A DNA stretch of 64,000 bases from Anthoceros angustus (taxonomy: Eukaryota; Plantae; Anthocerotophyta): NCBI GenBank assembly GCA_010909165.1, contig VJWM01000119.1, forward strand, positions 682,001-746,000. The letters are read 5' to 3'. Positions 20,633-31,963 of this stretch are shown in pieces. Position 1 is the first letter of the stretch. The number at the start of each line of letters is the position of its first letter. The notes below the pieces were generated by a model, which was not told where the DNA came from, did no database searches, and saw only the letters and a list, made by a program, of their open reading frames with translations. A program made the translations under genes and the position numbers.

Positions 20633-22926
20633 ATGGCCACAGCGTGGCAACCGGATCCGTTGTGCACCCAACAAATTGTTGGGTGTACAGGGATTCCACG
20701 AGGAGCTCCCGCTCCACTCACCTCAGAGTGTCAACCGCTGGCAAACAACCTTGCCACCAGGTGCAGCAGTGTAAGGAACCCAGCAGTTCCGACAAAATGG
20801 ATGGCTGGGAAAGGATTTTCCAGCGATGGTGGTCGCCATGAGCAGGAGCTCTTGTGGCGACAATTTTTTCTTGACCCTGCCATGTGGTGGGATAACAGGC
20901 GAGGTAAGAAGAGCTCTTGTTCGCCTCACTTCCGGCGAAAGGGTTCCGGTGAGGTCCTCTGGTTAAACAACTTGTTGAAGCCAGCTTGGGTGGATGAACA
21001 GCTCGTTTCTTTGGATATGAACATAGGTCGTGGTGCCTCTCCTTCCAATTCGAGCTCTCCGGGTAGTCCTGGGCCAGGCAGGCATGCGGGATCGGAAATG
21101 GGCATCGTAACAGCTGTAACCGTCAGCACGTTATGTCAGCAGGGGAAGCTTACTGAGGCCCTTGGAGCCTTAGAATCTCTCGTGCAGAAAGACTGTCCCA
21201 TTTCTCAGTCTCTCTTGTATGTTGTGCTAAAACTGTGTGCAGCTAAGAAGGATCTTGTTGCGGGGCGACGAGTTCATGATCTCGTTGTCAAACTTGGGTA
21301 TGAGTCAGATACATACTTGGGGAACCATATCTTGCGCATGTATGCATATGGGGGTAGGCTGCAGGAGGCCATGGATGTGTTCACCAGGGTGGGAAAACCG
21401 GATGCCTTCATGTGGTTTTCTATAATCTCCGCGAATGCCAAACAGGGGAAAGCTAGTGAGGCCGTACAACTGTACCATGAGATGCGCAGCTCAGGTGTGC
21501 AGGCGGATGCTCACGTGTTTGTAGCAGCCCTTCAAGCTTGTGCATTTGCTGCGGACTTAGAATCTGGCAGAAAGGTGCACTCTGATTTGTTGCACAGTGG
21601 CATTTCTCCTAACCTGTTTGTTGGCAACTGCCTGGTTGACATGTATGCAAAGTGTGGTGAACTGCAAGATGCTCGCAGGGTGTTTGACAGCTTGGCCGCA
21701 AAGGATGTGGTGACATGGACAGCCCTGATAGCTGGGTATGCGAATCATGGGCTCGGCCAAGAGGCGCTTGTTCTGTTTGGACAAATGGAGCAGGAGGGCC
21801 TCATTGTGGGTAACTGTGTTACTTTTGCTTGCCTTCTGAAGGCCTGTGCAAGTGGCGGTGCCTTACAGATGGGCAGGCAGCTGCACTCACAGATTGTTGA
21901 ACGAGGACAACTAAGTAACATACTTGTAGGCACTAGCCTGGTGGACATGTATGCAAAGTGTGGTGAACTGGAAGATGCACGCCGTGTTTTTGACAGCTTG
22001 GCCACGAAAAATGTGGTGACGTGGAATGCCTTGATAGCAGGATGTGGTAGTTGTGATGAAGCTCACCAAGCACTAGCTTGTTTTGAGGAGATGTTAGTCG
22101 CTGGTATTCAGCCTGATGATACGACTTTACTTGCCTTCTGGGAGCTTGCAGTCATGCGGGACTGGTAACTGAAGGTCGCAAGCACTTCGATTCGATGCTT
22201 GAACAGCATGGTGTCAAACCCACTGTTGAGCATTACAATTGCATGATTGATCTTCTTGGGCGTGCAGGCCATGTAGATGAGGCAGAGAACATGCTGTTAT
22301 CATGTGAGAGCCAAGTCAATGTTGTGGCGTTGACGTCTTTGCTGAATGCCTGCAAAATTCACGGGGATGTAGAGAGGGCAACACGGTGTTTTGAAAGCCT
22401 CGTTAGACTGGAGCCTCAGTGTGCATCTGCATATGTGCTCATGGCCAATGCGTATGCAGATGCAGGTAGGTGGACCGATGTAGACAGGATTGAAACACAA
22501 AGGATGGTAGCAGGAGCTAACAAGAAACCTGCAGTGGCAGGCATTGAGGTGGAGAAGCAGGTACATACATTCGTGGTGGGAGAAAACAGAGATAATCTTG
22601 CGCTCCAGGTAGAGAGCATGAATGTGCGTCTGAAGCAGGAAGGGGGCCACGTACCACACACGAAGCTGGTGTTGAAGCAACTGTCTGAGAGGGAAAAGGA
22701 AGACGTGCTTTGTGGGCATGCCGAGAAGTTAGCTCTGGCTTTTGGTCTCTTGAACACTCCAAGTGGCACACCTTTGATGGTAACAAAGAATTTACGCATG
22801 TGCAGTGACTGCCACAGTTCCACGGAGATCATGTCAAGGGTTGAAATGAGAGACATTGTGGTAAGAGATGGTTACCGAGTGCATCGGTTTGCAGGCGGTT
22901 GTTGCAGTTGTAGGGGTCGACCATGA
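20633..22926 (+). CDS. Gene E: short PDF-PLS-E1-E2-DYW:KP (GRP) factor, ~764 aa if a 1-bp deletion at ~22127 is repaired
   Basis: ORFs 20480-22168 and 22195-22926. Here acgactttactt has T3, whereas the inverted copy (~55365) and paralog F (~30475) both have T4. Confidence 0.9.
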
Positions 22927-24046
22927 GCTCATTTATCCCTCTTCCATTGCTTGACGTCCTTGACACTAACTGTCATTTGTCTGCTGGCTCTCACCGTAAG
23001 TAAACTGTCCTTACCTTAGTACAGAGTCGGGCTGACCTGACCCTATGCACCGGAGGACATGTTTTAGGCAAACCGAGTTATATCTGCTACCTATACGGTT
23101 GTGCATAGTTAGGAAGATCAGATACCAGCTTTAGCCAGACGTTCAGATTACCTTCCCTTTTTGAATTTGTCTGCTTCAGCGAAAGTTCACAAGGATAGGC
23201 ATTGAACTGAATTCAATTGCTTTGAGTGAAGATTACGGACGAGATCATGATGTTAGAATGAGGAGCACGAGATAGATAAGCGTCCTTGAGCAGGGGCTCG
23301 AGGTAGTCGCGTGCCAGGTTAGAGGCACGAGGTAGATCAGGTTGGAATCGGGACATGCACGAAAAGGAAAACGAGGAAGAACATGAAAAGTAAAACTAAT
23401 ACATTAATGATTAAGCAAAGTTTTTTGGCGCGAATTAGGATCAAGCAAAGTTGCTTGAGAAAACTTAAATCCGAGTACTAGAAATCGGAGAGGAAGTGGA
23501 AATAAGAGGAAAGAAGAAAGTTAGAGAAGGAAAACAAGTATTGAGAGAAGAGCGGGAGAGGCCAAGCAGGTTGACAGTAGTATAATTCTAGGGAGGGATG
23601 AGACTCTTAGGGCTGCTTTCCATGGAGCCCATGGAATACGGGCTCAACTTACAGCTTGTAAAACCTTGATGACCTGTTTTTGGCTTTCACTGGGGAGTTT
23701 ATTCCAGCAAGTTTTCGTTACATACGGAACTATGACCGGCAGCGCGGTACACGCCGATGTGAATGAAGCGTTCATCATAAAAGAATCCCAGGTTTGTGAC
23801 AGTCACTTGATAGTAGCATGGAACCTAAATCTGAGAATGATCTTGCAGGCCGGGACAGAAACAAGAAGCTAGCACTTTGTTCATTCCTTGGTTTTGTAAT
23901 GACTTTGCTTGCTGCCTCGAATTTCAGTTGGTTTTGTAATGACTTTGCCTGCTGCCTTGAATTTCAGGGAGAGGCGGCCCAAAAGGCTTCATGTACGATC
24001 TGGTCACCGAAATTCTCGAGAAAGCATTGTTGTCAAGGTTTGAACC

Positions 24047-25050
24047 ATGATGTTTCTTTTGGTTGGTGCAACAGTTTCCATACTATCATGGAAGAAATGT
24101 GAGATAGTAGATTACTACATCAAGGACAGATGCTGGGCATGGTGGACTCTTTTTAAAGAATCTACTTGGCATGCAGATCCTGAACGATTTCGCAAATTGT
24201 TGCGAATGATTTCCACAACTTTCACCTACGTTTGCAGCTTGGTGGCTGAAGATCTCAAAAGAAAAACACCGTCACCGCCCAGGGAGATTTCAAACAGACA
24301 ATTAGTGGTTGACATTCAAATAGCTTTAGCATTGAGATGCCCAGTGACATGAGACACTGTCAAGTGGAGAATTGTTTGGGTCAGCTGAATCAATAGCAGC
24401 AAAATTTTAAGGTGATTCATTCTGCTATGAACAGGAACCCAATGACACGAGACACTCTCAAGTGGAGAATTGTTTGGATTGGCTGAATCAATAGCATCAA
24501 AAATTGTATGGTGATTCTTTCGTGCTATGAACAGGAATGGCAGACACCTCATATCCTAGCCACAAGGAGAAGTACTAGTAGCCACCAAAGCGAGTTTGAG
24601 AGGCATCAGGGTCTGAAGAACTGCTGTGGTGCAGTTTGAGAGGCATCAGGGTCTGAAAACCTGCTGTGGTGCAATTGACGTCACACACGTCGAGATTGAG
24701 CTCATAACGTTGAGATTGAACTCATGTCATGAGAAATGGCCATTGAGCTCATATCACGAGAAATGGCCATTGAGCTCATATCACGAGAAATGGCCACAGA
24801 CTACTTTGACAGGAATCATGATGATATTGTGTGCATTCAAGTTTATGTTGATATGAACATGCGTTTCTTGGATGTCTTTGTTGGATTCCCTAGATCTGTA
24901 AATGATGCAAGAATTTTGAGCAATTTAGACTTATATAGGAAAGTAGTGGATGGTGATATTTTAAGTAGTGAGCACTGACAATGGGCAACTTCAGCGTTTG
25001 AGAATACATTGTGAGCAACGGTGGATACCCGTCCTTGCCGATCACAAACC
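24047..25050 (+). mobile_element. Degenerate PIF/Harbinger (HARBI1/ALP1-like, DDE_Tnp_4) transposase
   Basis: Fragments TLSSGELFGLAESIASKIVW*FFRAM, FERHQGLKTCCGAIDVTHVEIEL and YFDRNHDDIVCIQVYVDMNMRFLDVFVGFPRSVNDARIL. Many stops and local duplications. Confidence 0.85.
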
Positions 25051-25592
25051 CCCACACGGTTGTGCTCCATGATATCATAATGGACCTGTTCTTACTAGTC
25101 CATGTTTGCGTTGTGCCTCTTGTCCATGTTTGCTTTTGTGTCTCTCAGCGGGTTCACAAAGTTGCTGGTCATAGCCACAAATAAATCTTCACCCCGTTTC
25201 GTAGTAATATGACGTGGCCTTAGGGCTGGTTTCCATGAGGGCCGATATTTACGGCGGTTTTTTCAACTTGCAGTTGTACCGGAACGGTATTGCCACTTTC
25301 CATGGCTTCGCTATGTGCATTCCTTCCGTAAAAAAAGGACCTTCACCGGCTACTCATCACTCGCAAACGACCGGCTACTCAGCACTCACGCGAGTCCGGC
25401 TTTCGTCCCAAGCTCTGCACTCATGCAAGTCACTTGAGTGCGATTGCTTATTCTTCACTTTGAGCGCCTGCCGATGGAAGCCCGTGATGCAGCTCAGCGC
25501 ACGACCACTCAGGACATTGATTCGAATAAAAATCTCGTTGTGTGTTCAGGTCTTGTTTCAGCAATTGCATTGCCTGCTGCAATAAATTATCT

Positions 25593-25965
25593 TCACCACA
25601 ATTCAATTGCTGTAAACAAGCTATGCTCAAAGCTAGGGGGCAATTTGTGAGCCTTCTTCTCTTCCACACTCATCTGCCAGTATGTATCTTGTCCACTTAA
25701 CGGATGCCGGCAATGGTCATTGATTTTTTTCCCATCCTGTGCAAGATTGTCCCACTTACTTTTGGCCTGACCAGTAGTACACACCACACCGTTCATGTAG
25801 CAGTAGCGTGCCACTTCCTCCCACCGTTCAGTATCCTTCCTCCCACCGTTCAGTATCCTTCCTCTTCTTTTCCCTGTTGCCTCCCATCACTCTGGATTCA
25901 TGATCAATCTTCTTAGCTGCCTGCAAAATGTGAAGCTCCTGCAATGTCCACACTTGCCTTGGTGC
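25593..25965 (-). mobile_element. Myb/SANT-like trihelix DNA-binding ORF remnant (second ORF of the Harbinger element)
   Basis: RQVWTLQELHILQAAKKIDHE...ERWEEVARYCYMNGVVCTTGQAKSKWDNL...YWQMSVEEKKAHKLPPSF, a GT-1/ASR3-type trihelix pattern, convergent with the transposase. Confidence 0.75.
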
Positions 25966-26838
25966 CTTAAATCCCTGATGTGTGGACGGGCCCTGGCTCA
26001 TGACTGTTGCTGTGGGTATATCAATTTATGAGGTGACAGGCCTGGCCGGATAAGTGAAAGGTGAGATCAAAGCCAAAGGCAATGCAGAACTTATGGAAAA
26101 ATTGGGGAGCAAAGAACTCGAAGGCACCGCACTTAATGGCAAGCCGCATCTTTGAGATGGCTGCCCTAAGCCTTCAGCCATCACCATTGCTTCAGCTCGT
26201 ACCCTTGCTTTCCCTTCTTGCCCAAGCGGCTGCCTTCCTGATCGAGTGCACACTTGCCTCCCGCCCTTTTCCAGCACCCGTGTCCTTGCAATTGCCCGCG
26301 TTGTAAGCCCGCGCTTGGGAGACCGGGAAAACCGTAACGTGACACCGTGGCTTCCGGTACCCGGTTCAAGTTGCCGTAAAACTCGCTAGACCCGCTCGTC
26401 TCCGATCATCGTGGGAGTTTGTTGAAACTTCCCCCAAACCCGCTTTGTTTTTGTCGTAATGTATACATCTAGTAATGTGAGAAGTTGAAGTTGATGAAAA
26501 CTTGCCCATGGAAACCAGCCCTTGGGCGCCATAGTCTGGGCCTTCGGGTATGGATGTGTGCACTGGCAGGGGACTCGGAAGGTCACCCAGGGTCCCGGAC
26601 TCAGCACTGTGTGATGTGCTTTATCCAGCATGATATGTATGGACATACAGTCTTTGCTTGCTAGAGACCCCGTAGTTCCTACAGGCCATCAGTATCATCT
26701 TCCTGTTGCACTGTAGGAGTGCTTTGGACCTTTGGGTGCATGTTTCATACGGGTGTTAGGCACAGTGTCCCCTAGGCATCCTGCCACAGCCTGCATGGTT
26801 TACCGTGCGTTTCATCCTCCGACAGCGGTTCCTGGAAG

Positions 26839-29800
26839 ATGACCACAACATGGCAACCGGATCCGTTGTGGACCCAACGAATTGGTGGGTGTACAGGGAT
26901 CCCACGAGGAGCTCCCGTGCACCTCACCAACGGGAATCAACCGCTGGCAAACAACCAAGCCTCCAGGTGCAGCAGCGTAAGGACCTCAGCACTTCCGAGG
27001 AAACGGATGGCTGTGGAGGCATTGCCCAGCGATGCTCTTCGCCAGGAGCAGGAGCAGGAGCTATTGTGGAGACAACTATTTCTGGATCCTGCCATGTGGT
27101 GGGATAACAGGCGAGGTAAGAAGAGGGCCCGGTCGCCGGACTTCCGACGTAAGAGGTCCAGCGAGGCTCTCTGGTTAAACAGCATGTGCAAGCCAGCTTG
27201 GGTGGATGAGCAGCTCGTTTCCCTGGATTTGAAGATGGTTCGTGGTCCTCCTCCTTCGAAGTTGAGCTCTGCGGATAAGCATGAGTCTAGCAGGGGTGAA
27301 AGATTGGAAATGGGCGCGGCTATGGCTGTAACCGTGGGCACGCTCTGTCAGCAGGGGAGGCTTACTGAGGCCGTTGAAGCACTGGAATCTCTGGTGCAGA
27401 TGGACTGTCGTATTTCTGAGTCCATTTTTTACGATGTGCTAAAACTTTGTGGAGTTAAGAAGGATCTGGTTGTGGGGCGTCGAGTGCATGATCTCTGTGT
27501 CGAACTTGGGTATGAGTCGAATACATACGTGGGGAACCATATCTTGCGCATGTATGCATGTGCAGGTAGGCTGCAGGCGGCGATGGATGTGTTCACCAGG
27601 GTTAGCAAACCAGATACCTTCATGTGGTTTTCCATAATCTCCGCCCATGCTAAACATGGGAAGCCTCATGAGGCTGTACAATTGTACAGCCAGATGCGGA
27701 GCTCAGGTGTGAAGGCGAATGCTCATGTCTTTGTAGCAGCCCTTCAAGCATGTGCATTTGCTGCGGACTTGGATGCTGGTAGAAAAGTGCACTGTGATGT
27801 GTTGCACAGTGGCCTTCCTCCTAACTTGTTTGTTGAAAACTCCCTGGTGGACATGTATGCAAAATGTGGCGATCTAGAAGGTGCATGCAAGGTTTTTGAC
27901 AGTTTGGCCTCAAAGGATGTGGTTACATGGAATGCGCTGCTAGCTGGGTATGCAAATCATGGGCTCGGCCACGAGGCGTTTGTTCTCTATGGTCAAATGG
28001 AGCAGGAGGGTCTGGTCGTGGGTAACCATGTTACACTTTCTTGCCTTCTGAAGGCTTGTGCGAGCACAGGAGCCTTAGAGAAGGGGAGGCAGCTGCAGTC
28101 ACAAATTGTGGAAAGAGGACTGCTAGATAATGTACTGGTGGGCACCCGCCTGGTGGACATGTATGTGAAATGTGGTGAACTGGAAGATGCACGGAGGGCT
28201 TTTGACAGCTTGCCCACAAAGGATGTGCTGACTTGGACGGCCCTGATAGCTGGTTATGCAAATCATGGGCTTGGGCAAGAGGCAATTCTTGTATATGGAC
28301 AAATGGAGCAGGAGGGACTGACTGTCGATGACCATGTTACTTTTTCTCGCCTTCTGAAGGCCTGTGCAAACGGTGGCGCCATACACCTGGGCAGACAGCT
28401 GCACTCGCAGATTGTGGAAAGAGGACAGCTAGATAGCGTACTGGTGGGCAACAGCCTGGTAGACATGTATGCAAGATGTGGCGAACTCGAAGATGCACGC
28501 ATGGTTTTTGACTGCTTGGTCACAAAGGATGTTGTGACATGGACGGCCCTGATAGCTGGGTATGCAAATTCTGGGCTCAGCCAAGAGGCACTTGTTCTGT
28601 ATGGTCAAATGGAGCAGGAAGGCCTGATAGTGGCTGACCATGTTACTTTTGCTTGCCTTCTGAAGGCCTGTGCAAGCGCTGGTGCCTTACAGAAGGGCAG
28701 GCAGCTGCACTCAGATTGTGGAAAGAGGACAGCTAGATAGCGTACTGGTGGGCAACAGCCTGGTAGACATGTATGCAAGATGTGGCGAACTCAAGATGCA
28801 CGCATGGTTTTTGACTGCTTGGTCACAAAGGATGTTGTGACATGGACGGCCCTGATAGCTGGGTATGCAAATTCTGGGCTCAGCCAAGAGGCACTTGTTC
28901 TGTATGGTCAAATGGAGCAGGAAGGCCTGATAGTGGCTGACCATGTTACTTTTGCTTGCCTCTTGAAGGCCTGTGCAAGCTGGTGCCTTACAGAAGGGCA
29001 GGCAGCTGCATTCACAGATTGTGGAAAGTGGACAGCTAGATAGCATGCTGGTGGCCAACGGCCTTGTGGACATGTATGCAAAATGTGGTGAACTGGAAGA
29101 TGCACGCATGGTTTTTGACTGCTTGGTCACAAAGGATGTGGTGACATGGACGGCCCTGATAGCTGGTTATGCAAATCATGGGCTTGGGCAAGAGGCAATT
29201 CTTGTATATGGACAAATGGAGCAGGAGGGACTGACTGTCGATGACCATGTTACTTTTTCTCGCCTTCTGAAGGCCTGTGCAAACGGTGGCGCCATACACC
29301 TGGGCAGACAGCTGCACTCGCAGATTGTGGAAAGAGGACAGCTAGATAGCGTACTGGTGGGCAACAGCCTGGTAGACATGTATGCAAGATGTGGCGAACT
29401 CGAAGATGCACGCATGGTTTTTGACTGCTTGGTCACAAAGGATGTTGTGACATGGACGGCCCTGATAGCTGGGTATGCAAATTCTGGGCTCAGCCAAGAG
29501 GCACTTGTTCTGTATGGTCAAATGGAGCAGGAAGGCCTGATAGTGGCTGACCATGTTACTTTTGCTTGCCTCTTGAAGGCCTGTGCGAGCGCTGGTGCCT
29601 TACAGAAGGGCAGGCAGCTGCATTCACAGATTGTGGAAAGTGGACAGCTAGATAGCATGCTGGTGGCCAACGGCCTTGTGGACATGTATGCAAAATGCGG
29701 TGAACTAGGAACTGCACGTGAGGTTTTTGAGAGCTTGGCCACAAAGGATGTTGTGACATGGAATGCGCTGATAGCTGGGTATGCAAATCATGGGCTCGGT

Positions 29801-31276
29801 CAAGAGGCCCTTGTTCTGTTTGGACGAATGGAGCAGGAGGGCCTGATTGTGGCTGACCATGTGACTTTTGCATGCCTTCTGAAGGCCTGTGCAAGCGCTG
29901 GTGCTGTACAGAAAGGCAAGCAGCTGCACTCACAGATTGTGGAAAGGGGACAGCTAGGTAACATAGTGGTGGGCAACTCTCTGGTGGACATGTATACAAA
30001 ATGTGGCGAATTGGAAGCTGCACAAGGGGTTTTTGACAGCTTGGTCTCAAAGGATGTAGTGACGTGGAATGCCCTGCTAGCTGGGTTTGTAAATCATGGG
30101 CTTGGTCAAGAGGCGCTTATTCTGCATGGCCGGATGGAGCAGGAGGGACTGATTGTTGAGAATGAGGTTACTTTCGTCTGCCTTCTAAAGGCCTGTGCAA
30201 CCGCTGGTGCATTACAGACTGGCAGGCAGCTGCACTCACGGATTGTGGATAGGGGACAGCTAGACAGCATACTTGTAGGCACTAGCCTGGTGGACATGTA
30301 TGCAAAGTGTGGTGAACTGGAAGGTGCACGCCGGGTTTTTGACAGCTTGGCCACGAAAAATGTGGTGACGTGGAATGCCTTGATAGCAGGATGTGGTAGT
30401 TGTGATGAAGCTCACCAAGCACTAGCTTGTTTTGAGGAGATGTTAGTCGCTGGTATTCAGCCTGATGATACGACTTTTACTTGCCTTCTGGGAGCTTGCA
30501 GTCATGCGGGACTGGTAACTGAAGGTCGCAAGCACTTCGATTCGATGCTTGAACAGCATGGTGTCAAACCCACTGTTGAGCATTACAATTGCATGATTGA
30601 TCTTCTTGGGCGTGCAGGCCATGTAGATGAGGCAGAGAACATGCTGTTATCATGTGAGAGCCAAGTCAATGTTGTGGCGTTGACGTCTTTGCTGAATGCC
30701 TGCAAAATTCACGGGGATATAGAGAGGGCAACAAGGTGCTTTGAAAGTCTCGTTAGGCTGGAGCCTCAGAATGCATCCGCATATGTGCTCATGGCGAACG
30801 CGTATGCCAATGCAGGTAGATGGACCGATGTAGACAAAATTGAAATACAGAGAAAGGTAGCAAGAGCTTACAAGAAACCTGCAGTGGCGGGCATTGAGGT
30901 GAAGAAGCAGGTACATACATTTGTGGTGGGAGATAACATAGATGATATTGCGCACAAGGTAGAGAGCATGAACGCGCGTCTGAAGCAGGAAGGAGGCCAC
31001 GTACCACATACTAAGCTGGTGTTGAAGCCACTGTCTGAGAGGGAAAAGGAAGACATGCTTTGCGGGCATGCTGAGAAGCTAGCTCTGGCCTTTGGCCTCT
31101 TGAACACTCCGAGTGGCACACCTTTGGTGGTAACGAAGAATCTACGCATGTGCAGTGACTGTCATAGTTCCACTGAGATCATGTCAAGGATTGAAGAGAG
31201 AGACATTGTCGTCAGGGATGGGTACCGTGTGCATCGATTCGCAGCTGGCTGTTGCAGTTGTAAGGGTCGACCGTGA
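26839..31276 (+). CDS. Gene F: long PDF-PLS-E1-E2-DYW:KP (GRP) factor; frameshifts at ~28712, ~28793 and ~28980 inside internal triplet duplications
   Basis: ORFs 26839-28740, 28780-29043 and 28973-31276. Ends KKPAVAGIEV...HAEKLA...CSDCH...CSCKGRP. Confidence 0.9.
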
Positions 31277-31963
31277 GATTGAAGTCAGGGAAGCTGCAAC
31301 TTTCTCAACTTCAATCAGCCTGTCTCGGTACTGGTAATCACGTCCGTTGGAGGCCGACATGGAATATGCACGCCAGGAATGGGCTTCAATTTGTCGCCAT
31401 TCAGGCCTAAGTGCACGTTATGCTTATAGGTATGTACCGTGGTAGGCTCCAACATCGAGCAGCAAGGGAAGCGGATAGTGTCAAGGGTGGCCATGCAAGG
31501 TCGTCCCCGTCAGATGCAAGGTCCGTCTCCCATGTAGTCAAGTCATCTGACCGCAAAACACTAAAAATCTCTTCAATGTTAGTGAGACAAACCTGTCTGA
31601 CAAGGGTGTTCTGCCTCATCGAGGACTGGGTTGAAGGAAGACAACCTGGAAAACTGTCCACTTCATGAGGTGTGAAGGCTTGATTACCATAGAACAGAAC
31701 ACGAAATAGGTACACGATCCCTCTCAACATACACTAGTGGATCTGTATTTGTATTTTATGGATCATGCATGTAACACAGAGGGTAGAATCATCCCAATCC
31801 CCTTGTCTTCCGTGTCCGTCTGTTTCATTGTCTTGGTGCACGATGGATCTCACGTGTATTGCTGGTGCTTGCACTGTTCTTGCCAAGGATAGTGTGCAAG
31901 GCAGCATGCCTCAGCCAGCTTAGTTTGGTGTGCGTCTCACCTGCCGAGAGCGGTTCCTGTAGG

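Larger units (their letters stand above)
18127..27570 (+). repeat. Left arm of a ~9.4-kb inverted duplication (partner ~50075-59348)
   Basis: The relic gene, 67-bp minisatellite, gene E, Harbinger relic and 5' part of gene F all recur in reverse complement in the same order. Confidence 0.93.
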
